Shown here: piece by piece, positions 28,830 to 39,051 of the stretch
Numbering within the stretch: the first letter of the stretch is position 1
How the letters are laid out: every line of letters begins with the position of its first letter
Source: an uncultured Actinomycetes bacterium
GTDB taxonomy: Bacteria > Actinomycetota > UBA4738 > HRBIN12
DNA: 64,000 bases
Assembly: GCA_963716935.1 (NCBI GenBank)
Contig: CAVQUN010000005.1
Coordinates: 384,864 to 448,863, forward strand
Direction of reading: 5' to 3'
Notes under the pieces: model-generated
What the model was told of the DNA's origin: nothing
Databases searched by the model: none
The model's input: only the letters and a program-made list of their open reading frames with translations
Translations under genes and position numbers: made by a program

Positions 28830-28864
28830 GTTTGACAGCCCGGACCGTCGGTGCACGTGATACG
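28830..28864 (+). promoter_or_regulatory. Conserved promoter-like motif GTTTGACA-N21-GATACG (copy 2) upstream of GS-like gene 1
   Basis: Same hexamers and same 21-nt spacing as copy 1. Followed by CGAACGAAC. Confidence 0.4.
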
Positions 28865-28890
28865 CGAACGAACTCACGAGGGGGAGCGAG

Positions 28891-30279
28891 ATGACGCACC
28901 CGCAGGGCATGCTCGACGCGAAGCACCTCGAGGAGCTCGCCGGCAAGGGCGAGATCGACACGGTTCTGTGCATGTTCACCGACCTGCAGGGCCGCTTCAT
29001 GGGCAAGCGCGTCGTCCCGCACTTCTTCCTCGAGGAGATCCTGGGCGAGGAGGGGCTGCACGCGTGCCTGTACCTGCTCGCCATCGACATGGAGATGGAG
29101 CCGCTGCCCGGATACCGCTACGCGAGCTGGGAGACCGGGTACGGCGACTTCCGCATGGTCCCGGACATGAGCACGCTTCGCTGGTGCCCCTGGCTCGAGA
29201 AGACCGTGATGGTGCTCTGCGACATCTTCGAGGAGGAGGAGAAGGACCAGGAGGTGGAGGTCGCGCCCCGGACGATCCTCAAGCACCAGATCGCGCGCGC
29301 GGCCGCGGCCGGCTACACGATCAAGACCGGCTCGGAGCTCGAGTTCTACCTGTTCCAGGATTCGTACCGCGAGGCCGCCGAGCGCGGCTATCGGGACCTG
29401 CGCCCCAGCTCCCCGTACATCATGGACTACCACATGCTCCAGACCACGCGGGACGAGTGGATCGTCCGGCAGATCCGCAACGCGATGCTGGGTGCGGGCA
29501 TCCCCGTCGAGTTCAGCAAGGGCGAGTTCGGCAAGGGCCAGCAGGAGATCAACATCACCTACTCGGACGCGCTCTCGAACGCCGACCACCACGCCCTGTA
29601 CAAGCACGGGGTCAAGGAGATCGCCGAGCTGAACGGCGTGGCGATCACCTTCATGGCGAAGTGGACGATGGCCGAGGCCGGCTCCAGCTGCCACCTGCAC
29701 TCGAGCGTGTGGAACGCCGAGGGGACCAAGAGCCTGATGTGGTCCGACGAGGGCGAGCACCACATGAGCGACACCTACCGCTGGTACCTCGGCGGCCTCA
29801 TGGCGTGCGCGCGCGAGATGGCCTGGATGTACGCGCCGTTCGTGAACTCCTACAAGCGCTACCAGCTGGGCTCGTGGGCGCCGACGGCGATCGTGTGGAG
29901 CCGGGACAACCGCACCTGCGGATTCCGCACCGTGGGCGAGCACACGGGCGCGCGGGTCGAGTGCCGGATCCCCGGCGCCGACGCGAACCCCTACCTGGCG
30001 TTCGCGGCGACGATCGCGGCCGGCCTGTGGGGGATCGAGAACAAGGTCGAGCCGCCCGAGATGTTCGTCGGCAACGCCTACGAGGCTAAGGACGTGGCCC
30101 GCGTCCCCTACTCGCTCCACGAGGCGATCGAGGCGTTCAAGGACTCGAAGGTGGCCCGGGAGGCGTTCGGGGACTTCGTCTTCGAGCACCTGCTGAACAC
30201 GGCGGTCCAGGAGCAGGTCATCTTCGACAACACGACCGTGACCGACTGGGAGCTCGCCCGGTACTTCGAGCGCGGCTGA
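28891..30279 (+). CDS. Glutamine synthetase-family protein 1 (gamma-glutamyl-amine synthetase, GlnA4/PuuA-like)
   Basis: GS catalytic-domain motifs (GSELEFYLF, KGEFGKGQQEIN, SWAPT...WSRDNRT, ADANPYLAFAA). Lacks the GlnA type I adenylylation loop. Confidence 0.88.
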   Translation: MTHPQGMLDAKHLEELAGKGEIDTVLCMFTDLQGRFMGKRVVPHFFLEEILGEEGLHACLYLLAIDMEMEPLPGYRYASWETGYGDFRMVPDMSTLRWCPWLEKTVMVLCDIFEEEEKDQEVEVAPRTILKHQIARAAAAGYTIKTGSELEFYLFQDSYREAAERGYRDLRPSSPYIMDYHMLQTTRDEWIVRQIRNAMLGAGIPVEFSKGEFGKGQQEINITYSDALSNADHHALYKHGVKEIAELNGVAITFMAKWTMAEAGSSCHLHSSVWNAEGTKSLMWSDEGEHHMSDTYRWYLGGLMACAREMAWMYAPFVNSYKRYQLGSWAPTAIVWSRDNRTCGFRTVGEHTGARVECRIPGADANPYLAFAATIAAGLWGIENKVEPPEMFVGNAYEAKDVARVPYSLHEAIEAFKDSKVAREAFGDFVFEHLLNTAVQEQVIFDNTTVTDWELARYFERG

Positions 30280-30304
30280 CCATAGGCCTCGAGAGACTCG
30301 TGAG

Positions 30305-31036
30305 ATGCGGCCCGTCCTGCTGATCGGGCACGATCAGAACGAGACCTTCGGGTTGGCCCCGGCCGGCCTCGGGGCTCGAGGGCTGGAGGTCTTTGAGCAC
30401 CGTGCCCCGTCGGGCGGCACGCTCCCTTCGATCGACGCGGTCTCCGGAGTGATCGTCTTCGGGGGATCGATGAACGTGGACATGGTCGACCGTTACCCCT
30501 TCCTCCTGGAGGAGCGAGGCTTCGTGCGCCGGGCCGTCGACGCGGGCGTTCCCCTTCTGGGGATCTGCCTCGGATCGCAGATGCTCGCGAGGGCGATGGG
30601 TCATGAGGTGTATGCGGCCGACGTGCGGGAGTTGGCGTTCAACGTCCTCCACGTGACGCCCGAGGCGGCCGCCGACCCGCTCATGTCCGTGTTCCGCGAC
30701 GGCGACATGGTCTTCCACTGGCACGAGGACACCTTCGAGCTCCCGGAGGGCGCGACGATCCTCGGCACCGGGGACGAAGTCCATCTCCAGGCGTTTCGGA
30801 TCGGCGACCACGCCTGGGGCATGCAGTTCCATTTCGAGATCGACCGGGCCGAGCTGGAGCTCTGGCTCCGGGCGGCTGGCGAGGACGTCGTGCAAGCGTG
30901 GGGGAAGACCACTGCCCAGGTCCTGGATGAGGCCGATCGTTTCTTGGCGACCCAGGAGGCGCGCGCCACCCGGCTCTTCGGCAGGTTCGCAGACGTGGTC
31001 CTGGCGGCGGGGAGAAATCGATCGGCCACCGGCTAG
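30305..31036 (+). CDS. Class I glutamine amidotransferase-like protein 1 (gamma-glutamyl-amide hydrolase candidate)
   Basis: GATase1 fold with nucleophile-elbow GICLGSQ and His/Glu in WHEDTFELP. Confidence 0.8.
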   Translation: MRPVLLIGHDQNETFGLAPAGLGARGLEVFEHRAPSGGTLPSIDAVSGVIVFGGSMNVDMVDRYPFLLEERGFVRRAVDAGVPLLGICLGSQMLARAMGHEVYAADVRELAFNVLHVTPEAAADPLMSVFRDGDMVFHWHEDTFELPEGATILGTGDEVHLQAFRIGDHAWGMQFHFEIDRAELELWLRAAGEDVVQAWGKTTAQVLDEADRFLATQEARATRLFGRFADVVLAAGRNRSATG

Positions 31037-31134
31037 ACAGCGACCGCACTCCGGTGCAAGGATTCGCGACGACGTGACCTGGTGGGGGTTCCCGCCTCGG
31101 CTCGCGGGGTCCCCCCGACAAGGGAGGGGGTCGC

Positions 31135-32721
31135 ATGGCTGCGCAGGCCGATGAGAAGGTGATGGTCGCCGAGAAGATCGCGCCGCTCCTGGTCGCGCGG
31201 TCCCTCACGGCCTTCGACCTGATCGTCATCTTCGTCGGGATCGTCCTGTTCATCACGAACTCCGCGGGCTTGCAGTTCGCTGGCCCGTCCGTGTTCGTCT
31301 TCTGGATCATCGCGTTCCTGACGTTCCTCCTCACCGGCGCCTTCATCACGGCGCATCTCGGGAGGATGTTCCCGGAGGAGGGGTCGCTGTACGTCTGGAC
31401 CCACAAGGTCCTCGGCCCGTTCTGGGGGTTCTTCGCCGGGTTCGTGGCCTGGTGGCCGGGACCGCTGGTGATGGTCGCGGCCGGCATCCTCGTCGTTGCC
31501 TTCGCCCAGCAGGTCGCCGCCTTCAGCGACAGCACGATCCTGACGGAGGCCTGGCAGCAGGGCCTGGTCATCCTGGCGGTCCTCTGGTTCGGAGCGATCC
31601 TGTCGCTGCTCCGGATGCGCCTCACCCAGAACTACGTGAACCTCCAGTTCTTCTTCTACGGCGCGGCGATCTTCGTGATGGGGCTCGCCGGCGTGGTCTG
31701 GCTGCTGAAGGGCAACCCGGCGGCGAACTCGTTCGCCACCGATCTGTGGAACCCGTGGCAGGGCGACAAGATCGTGCTCGGGCTGCCCGGGTACCTGACC
31801 TTCTACTCCTTCGCCGTCCTCGCCCTGCTCGGGATCGAGGTCCCGCTGAACATGGGCGTCGAGGTCGTAGGCGGCGAGGCCGCGATCAAGAAGTACCTGT
31901 TCTGGGGTTGCATCATCGTGATGGCCGCCTATCTCTGGACGACGTGGGGCAACATGGTGACCGTCTCCGTCGCCGAGGTGAACGGCACGACCGGAGGCGC
32001 GCAGGGGGTGGGCATCGCGATGGGTGACGCGCTCGGGATCGCCGTGGCGCTCGTCCTGATGTGGTTCTTCATCACGGCCTCGATGGTCTACAACTACTCG
32101 TTCGCCCGGCTGCTCTTCGTTTCCGGACTGGAGAAGCGGCTGCCCCCGATGATTGGTCGCGTCAACAAGAACAAGGTGCCGGCGAACGCCGTCCTGCTGC
32201 AGACGATCCTGGCGTCGATCATCACAGCCATCATCTTCTTCGGCATCGGGCAGGCCGGTGGCGGCGACCCGAACAAGCCATACTTTGCGCTCCTCGCAGG
32301 GCTCACCATCATCTGGTGCATCTCGACGGCTCTGCTGTTCCTCGACATCTTCTTCGCAAAGCGGGCCGATCCGGAGCGATTCGAGAAGGCGCGGAGGACG
32401 AACGAGGGGTTCCTCTACGCCTGCGGCGCGGTCGGCTTCCTGGCGAACCTCGCCGCGGTGTTCTTCATCTTCACCGGCACGTGGTATCCGCCGGGATTCC
32501 CGACCCTGGGAGAATGGAACACGTGGCTGGCAGTCATCGCGGTCGTTTCGATCGTCGCCGGGATCACGATCTGGTTCATCTCCGAGGGGATGCGCGGGGG
32601 CAAGTCGGATGTCCAGCTGATCGACGAGATCGCGGCTGAGGTCGGCGCCACGGTCGTAAACCTGAACGAGCCGACGACCGCTGGCACCTCGCCGGGCGGG
32701 GTTGGCGGTTCGCCCGCTTAG
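31135..32721 (+). CDS. APC-family amino acid/polyamine permease
   Basis: 12-13 predicted TM helices with APC-family composition. RBS GGGAGGGGG upstream of the ATG. Confidence 0.82.
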   Translation: MAAQADEKVMVAEKIAPLLVARSLTAFDLIVIFVGIVLFITNSAGLQFAGPSVFVFWIIAFLTFLLTGAFITAHLGRMFPEEGSLYVWTHKVLGPFWGFFAGFVAWWPGPLVMVAAGILVVAFAQQVAAFSDSTILTEAWQQGLVILAVLWFGAILSLLRMRLTQNYVNLQFFFYGAAIFVMGLAGVVWLLKGNPAANSFATDLWNPWQGDKIVLGLPGYLTFYSFAVLALLGIEVPLNMGVEVVGGEAAIKKYLFWGCIIVMAAYLWTTWGNMVTVSVAEVNGTTGGAQGVGIAMGDALGIAVALVLMWFFITASMVYNYSFARLLFVSGLEKRLPPMIGRVNKNKVPANAVLLQTILASIITAIIFFGIGQAGGGDPNKPYFALLAGLTIIWCISTALLFLDIFFAKRADPERFEKARRTNEGFLYACGAVGFLANLAAVFFIFTGTWYPPGFPTLGEWNTWLAVIAVVSIVAGITIWFISEGMRGGKSDVQLIDEIAAEVGATVVNLNEPTTAGTSPGGVGGSPA

Positions 32722-32783
32722 CAGACGATCCGCAGCAGCTGAGGGCCGCTCACGACTCGTGAGCGGCCCTCAACGCTCACCGG

Positions 32784-33959
32784 TCACTCGCCGCCGATGC
32801 CGTGCAACCGGCGGCAGCTTCCCGCCAGCACCAGCCTGCCCAGCCGCTTCGCGTCCGAGGCGGAGAGGTAGTCGCGCTTCACGAACCGGGTGAGGACGCG
32901 CTCGAGCGCCGATCGGGCGAGCAGGGCCGAGGCCCAGAACGCCTCGGGCTCGCCCGCCTCGTCCGAGCCGTAGAGGAGCTTCGCTGCGGGGACGGTTCCC
33001 ACGAGCATCTCGAGCGCCCACTCGACCTGTCCCCATCCCCACGGGATGAGCTCGGAGAGCTCGAGGTAGACGTTGGGGAGCACGGACGCGATGTACGCGG
33101 CCTCGCGAACCCACGGGTAGCCGGAGTGGACGAGGACGACCGGCTGATCCTGGACGTCGACGAGGAGCGGGAACAGCGACTGCGGCGTGGCGTGCGCGAG
33201 GTCGATGTCCGGGTCGCCACCGCCGCAGTGGAAGTGGAAGGGCCGATCGGTCGCCTTGGCGACCTCGAGCGTGCGCCTGATGAGGAAGTCGCGGACCGGC
33301 TTGGCGTGCTCGCGGCTCTCGCGCCAGTCGTCGGCGCGCCACTTGCCGAACGCCGCCTCCGCATCCGCCGGCGTCGGATCGCCGACGTCCAGACCGGTGC
33401 GGTACGCGACGATCGACTTGAACGCGACGCAGTTCGCGTCGCCGGCGGCCTCGCGGGCGTCGGCCTCGACGCCAGAGACCAGGTCGTCGAACGAGCCGTC
33501 GCGGCGTCGAAGGATCCACGGCTCCAGCCGCGCCACGCGGTGGACCGTCGCGCCGATCGTCCGCGCGAACTCGGCGGCCGGGATCGGGGGCTGCGGGAAG
33601 CCCTCGTCGGAGAGGACCGCGACGACGCCGGCGGCCTCGAGCAGCCCCTTCGTATAGGCGACGGCGTCGGCCTGCAGCGCCGCCTGGCGGGCAGCGGTCA
33701 CCGCCTCCCGGGTCGGTTCGCACCCGAGATGCCCGGCCAGCCACCGTCGCAGCGCGATCGCGAACACCGTCGAGTCCGTCATCGAGTCGGCGAGCGGCCA
33801 GAGATCCTCGTGCACGCGCGACGACGAGTGGAACGCCTCGCCCAGGAACATCGCGCGGGTGTCGAACCCCTCGGAAGGGCGTCCGACGAGGTCCTCGAGC
33901 CGGTACGGATGGGTGTGGGCGTCGACGACCTCCGCGCCCGAGAGCTTCACCTTCTTCAT
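32784..33959 (-). CDS. Amidohydrolase-2 (PF04909-like) metal-dependent TIM-barrel hydrolase
   Basis: HTHPY metal-binding start, HFHCGGG and HSGYPW motifs. Located inside a 988-aa spurious opposite-frame ORF. Confidence 0.78.
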   Translation of the reverse strand: MKKVKLSGAEVVDAHTHPYRLEDLVGRPSEGFDTRAMFLGEAFHSSSRVHEDLWPLADSMTDSTVFAIALRRWLAGHLGCEPTREAVTAARQAALQADAVAYTKGLLEAAGVVAVLSDEGFPQPPIPAAEFARTIGATVHRVARLEPWILRRRDGSFDDLVSGVEADAREAAGDANCVAFKSIVAYRTGLDVGDPTPADAEAAFGKWRADDWRESREHAKPVRDFLIRRTLEVAKATDRPFHFHCGGGDPDIDLAHATPQSLFPLLVDVQDQPVVLVHSGYPWVREAAYIASVLPNVYLELSELIPWGWGQVEWALEMLVGTVPAAKLLYGSDEAGEPEAFWASALLARSALERVLTRFVKRDYLSASDAKRLGRLVLAGSCRRLHGIGGE

Positions 33960-33974
33960 CGGCGTTCCATCCCC

Positions 33975-35430
33975 TCAGTAGCGCCAGCGGACCGCGGAGA
34001 CAACCTCCTCCGGCGACCTCCCCTCGAAGGCATCGCGCTCGCCGCGCCGGGTCGCAAGGAACGCGTCGAACAGCACGTCGCCCATGGCCCGGCGAAGCAG
34101 GTCCGAGCGCTCGAGCTCGCGGATGGCCGCGCCCAGCGACGACGGGAGCTGCCGGACGCCGAGGGCGCGCCGGCGTGCGGCCGGCAGGGATGCGGGATCG
34201 ACGAGGACCGGCTCGGGCAGGGAAAGGCGACGCTCGATGCCGTCGATCCCGGCCGCCACGATGGCCCCGAGCGCAAGGTACGGGTTGGCCGCCGGGTCGA
34301 TGGCCTTCACCTCGAGGTTCGCGGCCTCGGGGCGGCTGCCCACCATGCCGGTGACGAAGCGCAGCGCCGCCTCCCGATTCTCGCGGCCCCAGCACGCCCA
34401 GGGGCCGCTCCACCGGTGCGGCTGGAGCCGCTGGTAGCTCGCCACCGAGGGGGCCGTGATGGCCGTGAGGGCCGGCATCGCGGCCAGCACGCCGGCCGCG
34501 AACGACTCGGCCTCGCGCGTCATGCCCTCGGGACCGCGCCCGCCGTTGAACAGGTTGCGTCCGGCCCGGTTCCACAGGCTGAGGTGCAGGTGGGCGCCGT
34601 TGCCGACCAGGCCGGCGAAGACCACGGGCGCGAACGACTCCGCGAGGCCGTGGTTCCGCGCCACGGCCCGGACCGTGTGCCGGACGACGAGGTTCGTGTC
34701 CGCGGCCGCGATCCCGACGCCGTGCGGGACCGAGAGCTCGAGCTGTCCCGTCGAGTACTCCGGGTGGAACTGCATGACGCCGGTCCCCTGCTCCTCCAGC
34801 GCGCGGATCAGCGACGTCGCGAACGGCTCGACGTCGGCGAGCGCGATCGCGCTGTACGCGGGCCCGCGGTGCGCCGGCGGCGGGTCGGCCTCGGGCCCGA
34901 GCCCCACCGGCGGGCGATGGCCGAGGAAGAACTCCATCTCGTACGCCCCGCGCAGTTCCATCCCGTGCCGCGCGAGCCGCTCGAGCATGCTCCGCGCGAA
35001 CGTCCGGACGCAGGCCGGGTAGGGCTGCCCCTCCTGGTCGAGCTGATCGACCGGGGCGAGGGCCCAGCCCGGGCTCGCGGCGAGCGCGACGGTGCCGGCG
35101 GGATCCGGCAGGAGCCGCGTATCGCCCGTCGGCCCCCCGATGTGCGGCGACGAGGTGATCTGGTCGTCGACGAGGAAGACCGTGAACACCGGCGACAACC
35201 CGACGCCGAACCTCGCCGCCTCCTCGAATCGTCGGAGCGGGACGGTCTTCACGAGCGTGACGCCCGCGTTGTCGACGAGCGCGAGCGCAACGGCCTCGAC
35301 GCCCGAGGCCGCGAGCCGTCGCGAGACCTTGGCGGCCGTGTCCGAGCCGCCGCGAGCCGACCCGCCCCGCGTCCCGGCCGCGGGGCTCAGAACAGCTCCA
35401 GGTACTCGGTTCGCTCCCAATCGGTGACCC
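33975..35430 (-). CDS. Glutamine synthetase-family protein 2
   Basis: Beta-grasp plus catalytic domains (LVDNAGVTLVKTVP...EMEFFL...LHLSLWN...ANPYLALGA). The only in-frame start upstream of the conserved N-terminus is TTG 35430, which overlaps the 3' end of GS-like gene 3 by 44 nt. The rest of the 809-aa track ORF is artefact. Confidence 0.7.
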
Positions 35431-36715
35431 AGTCGTTCGACCTCGAGAGCTCGTAGCGCCGCATGGTGGTGTAGGCCGTGAGGAACTCCTCGCCGAAGAA
35501 GTCCTTGGTCGCCGGCTCCTGCTCGAGCGCGTCGAGCGACTCGTGGAGGTCGGTCGGGAGCTTCTCGAGCGCGTCGTCCTCCTCGGCCGGCACCCCGCGC
35601 TTCGACGGCTCCGGCGCCGAGAGCCCCTCCTCGATGCCGCGCAGGCCCGCCTGCACCAGCGCCGCACCGACGAGGTAGGGGTTCGACATCGCCGAGGGGG
35701 CGCGGTACTCGATGTGCTTGTTCGAAACCGGCCCACCCTTCACCCGGATCAGCGCCGAGCGATCCTCCAGCCCCCACGAGATGTTCGTCGGGCTGAACGT
35801 GTGGCGACGGCGGCGGCGAAGGCAGTTCACGGTCGGCGCGATCACCGCGTCGATCGACCGGGCGTACTTCAGGATGCCGCCGATGAAGGCGCGGCCCGTC
35901 GCGTTCAGTCCCTGCGGGTCCTCCTCGTCGCCGAACGCGTTCTCGCCCGACTCGGTGCGCACGAGCGACACGTGCGTGTGGCAACCACTGCCCGCCGACG
36001 TCGGCCACGGCTTGCTCATGAAGGTCGCGAGGAGCCCGTCCTGCTTCGCGATCTCCTTCACGCCGTTCTTGAAGGTGAACGCGTTGTCCGGGCCCGCCAG
36101 GCCTCGACCCGGCGCGAAGTTGATCTCCCACTGCGACCCGGCGTATTCGCAGTTCGACGTGATGATGTCGACGCCGACCTCCGGCATGGCCTCGAGGATC
36201 CGCCGGATCGTCGGCACGTAGTCGTTGCGGACCGTGTTGAAGATCTGGTAGCCGGAGAACAACGGCTCGTGCGTCTCGGGATCCACGAGGTAGAACTCGA
36301 ACTCGGAGCCGATCACCGGCTCGAAGCCCATCGAGCGCGCCTTGTCGAGCGCCTCGCGGAAGACATGCCGCGGCGTGGCGCGGAGCGGGCTGCCGTCGTA
36401 CCACTGCGTGTCGCAGATCAGCCTCGCCGTCCGATCAGCCCACGGGAGCACCGCGGCCGTGTCGGGGTCGGGGAACAGCAGCTGGTCGCCGTATCCGCGC
36501 TCCTCGTGATACAGCGTGCCCGGGACAACGTCGGAGCGCGTGTCGAGCACGCTCGTGCCGCCGTACATGTTGAGGCCGCGCTCCGAATACCCCGACGCGT
36601 GACCGATCGGGATCGTCTTGGAGCGCGAGATGCCGTGGAGGTCCGGGAGCTCGAACCGGACGAACGCGATCCCCTGGTTCCGCCAGTCCTCGAGCACCTT
36701 CGTGACGTCGCTCAT
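35387..36715 (-). CDS. Glutamine synthetase-family protein 3
   Basis: ATG 36715 behind RBS GAGGAGGGGA. GS motifs (GSEFEFYLV, GCHTHVSLV, MSNPYLVGAA). The N-terminal 52 aa of the track ORF are excluded. Confidence 0.85.
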   Translation of the reverse strand: MSDVTKVLEDWRNQGIAFVRFELPDLHGISRSKTIPIGHASGYSERGLNMYGGTSVLDTRSDVVPGTLYHEERGYGDQLLFPDPDTAAVLPWADRTARLICDTQWYDGSPLRATPRHVFREALDKARSMGFEPVIGSEFEFYLVDPETHEPLFSGYQIFNTVRNDYVPTIRRILEAMPEVGVDIITSNCEYAGSQWEINFAPGRGLAGPDNAFTFKNGVKEIAKQDGLLATFMSKPWPTSAGSGCHTHVSLVRTESGENAFGDEEDPQGLNATGRAFIGGILKYARSIDAVIAPTVNCLRRRRRHTFSPTNISWGLEDRSALIRVKGGPVSNKHIEYRAPSAMSNPYLVGAALVQAGLRGIEEGLSAPEPSKRGVPAEEDDALEKLPTDLHESLDALEQEPATKDFFGEEFLTAYTTMRRYELSRSNDWVTDWERTEYLELF

Positions 36716-36926
36716 CTGCGCTCCCCTCCTCGGGCTCGCCCCGATCGACCTGCGGTGCTGGGTATAGCGTGAGGGGCCGAGACCCGCAACGCGAGGCGAC
36801 GCGGCCGGCGACGGCCGCTCCCGAGCGACCGGGCGGGACTCCGGGCCACGGGGCGGGTGGGGTACGCTCACGCCGCCGGCGCGACGTTCGGCGGACGACC
36901 GACCGGAGCACGCGAAGGAGGTCCGG

Positions 36927-38318
36927 GTGGCCCAGGCGTTCGTTGATGGCAGCCGAAGCCACGTGCTGCCGCTCGAGCTCGCTCACGCCTACCCGGTGAT
37001 CGTCCGCGGCGAGGGCGTCTGGGTCGAGGACGCGGCCGGCACCCGGTACATCGACGCGATGAGCGGCGGGTCGATGGCCGCCACGCTCGGCCACGGCCGC
37101 CGCGACATCGTGGCGGCAGCCCGGGCGCAGGCCGAGACGCTGCCGTTCCTCCACAACGAGCGGCTCACGAACCCCGCGCAGGAGCGCCTGGCCCGAGAGC
37201 TCGTCGAGGTCGCCCCGCAGGGGTTCACCCGGGTGCGGTTCACGACCGCGGGCGCCGATGCCAACGAGCTGGCGGTGCAGCTTGCCCGCAGCTACCACGT
37301 CGAGCGCGGCGAGCCGGGGCGCTGGCAGGTGATCTCGCCCGCGCAGGCCTACCACGGTCCGACCATGGAGACGCTCGCGCTGACGGGACGCCCAGGGCTC
37401 CAGCGCCCTTTCGAGCCGTACCTCGCCCGGCACGAGCACATCCCGCCGAGCACCTGGCGGTTCGATCCGACCGGCGAGGCGGCGCTGCAGGCGCTCGACG
37501 AAGCGTTGGAACGGGTGGGGCCCGAGACGGTCTCGGCGTACTTCTGCGAGCCGATCAGCGCGGCCGCGCTTCCCGCATACACCCCGCCTCGCGGCTTCTG
37601 GGAGGGGCTGGCCGAGCGACGCGAGCGCCACGGGTTCCTCGTGTGCTTCGACGAGATCGTCACCGGCGTTGGCCGCACCGGTCGCTGGTTCGCGGGCGAG
37701 GCCACGGCCTGCGCGCCGGACCTGATCGCGACGGCGAAGGGTCTCGGGGCCGGCTACGCGGCGATCGGCGCCGTCCTGTGCCGGGACCGCGTGTTCGACG
37801 CGATCGCGGAGGGCTCGGGCCGGTTCACGCTCGGGCACACGTGGGACGGCGCCCCGCTCTCGTGCGCCGTCGGGCTCGCGGTCATGGAGGCGATGCGGTC
37901 CGAGCGCCTGGTCGAGCGGGTCCGCGATCGGGGGCCGATCCTTCGCGAGGAGCTGGAGCGCTCGCTCAAGGCCGTTCCCATGGTTCACGAGGTCCGCGGC
38001 GAGGGCTACCTGCTCGGCGTCGAGTACGTGGATCCGCGCGACGGCCGGTCGTTCCTGCCGCCGGAGCTTCGCGTGGCCGGACGGATCGACCGCGCGGCGT
38101 TCGAGGGCGGCCTCATCACGCTGTCGACCCAGCCGACGCGAGACGGCTACGCGGGCGACCAGACCCTGTTCGCGCCCGCGTTCACCGCGGGCGACGAGGA
38201 TCTCGAGGAGATGGTCGCCCGGTTCGCCGACGCAGTGACCCGCGTCGCGGAGCAGGTCGAGTCCGAGCTCGCCGCCTCGTCCGCGAGCTCCCCCTCACCG
38301 ATCGGAGGTGCGCCGTGA
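36927..38318 (+). CDS. Class III (omega) aminotransferase 1
   Basis: PLP fold type I, AT-III family (FDEIVTGVGRTGRWFA, ATAKGLGAGY with the PLP-lysine). GTG start behind RBS GAAGGAGG. Confidence 0.88.
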   Translation: MAQAFVDGSRSHVLPLELAHAYPVIVRGEGVWVEDAAGTRYIDAMSGGSMAATLGHGRRDIVAAARAQAETLPFLHNERLTNPAQERLARELVEVAPQGFTRVRFTTAGADANELAVQLARSYHVERGEPGRWQVISPAQAYHGPTMETLALTGRPGLQRPFEPYLARHEHIPPSTWRFDPTGEAALQALDEALERVGPETVSAYFCEPISAAALPAYTPPRGFWEGLAERRERHGFLVCFDEIVTGVGRTGRWFAGEATACAPDLIATAKGLGAGYAAIGAVLCRDRVFDAIAEGSGRFTLGHTWDGAPLSCAVGLAVMEAMRSERLVERVRDRGPILREELERSLKAVPMVHEVRGEGYLLGVEYVDPRDGRSFLPPELRVAGRIDRAAFEGGLITLSTQPTRDGYAGDQTLFAPAFTAGDEDLEEMVARFADAVTRVAEQVESELAASSASSPSPIGGAP

Positions 38319-39037
38319 GCCCAACTCCCGCCGGCGCCGCCCCGTTGCGCGCGCTCGTCCTGCAGCACGAGGACCCCACGCCCCCCGGGCTCGTCACCGA
38401 ATGGCTCGCGTCCCACGAGGCCCTCGTCGAGACCTTCCGCATCGACCTGGAGGATCGCGAGCTCGATCCGACCGACTACGACCTCATCGTGTCGCTCGGT
38501 TCCGAGTTCGCCGCGTTCGACGACACGAAGCCGTTCGTGGGGCGCGAGGCCCGGCTCCTGCGTCGAGCCGTCGACGCCGACGTCCCCGTCCTCGGCCTCT
38601 GCTTCGGCGGCCAGATGCTCGCGCGGGTGCTCGGCGCCGACGTGTTCCGCTCCGAGGAGTCCGAGATCGGGTGGCTCCCCGTCCGCAGCACCGATCCCGA
38701 GCTCGTCCCCGAGGGCCCGTGGTTCCAGTGGCACTTCGACTCGTTCACCGCGCCGCCCGGGGCGAGCGTGATCGCCGAGTCCGACGTGGGCCCGCAGGCC
38801 TTCGTCGCGGGTCGCAGCCTCGGGCTGCAGTTCCACCCCGAGGTGACCCCGCAGATCATGGACGACTGGGTGCGCACGTACCGGCATGAGCTCGACGCCG
38901 ACGGGGTCGATCCCGACGCGCTGCTGGAGGAGACGCATCGGCGCGCCGACGAGAGCCGCCGGACGTCGTGGCAGCTCCTCGAGCGGTTCCACGACCGGAT
39001 CGCCGGCCTCGGCGCGCGGGAAGCGACGACGGCGTAG
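38314..39037 (+). CDS. Class I glutamine amidotransferase-like protein 2
   Basis: GTG 38314 in a GTGA overlap with the aminotransferase stop. GATase1 motifs GLCFGGQ and HFDSF...FHPE. The upstream 223 aa of the track ORF are artefact. Confidence 0.8.
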
Positions 39038-39051
39038 GCGGCGGAGGAACC

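Noticed and set aside
32770-35736. 988-aa and 884-aa ORFs on opposite strands overlapping the amidohydrolase and GS-like genes
   Set aside because: Low-complexity Arg/Gly/Pro composition and no recognisable motifs. The true genes (amidohydrolase, GS-like 2) lie in other frames.
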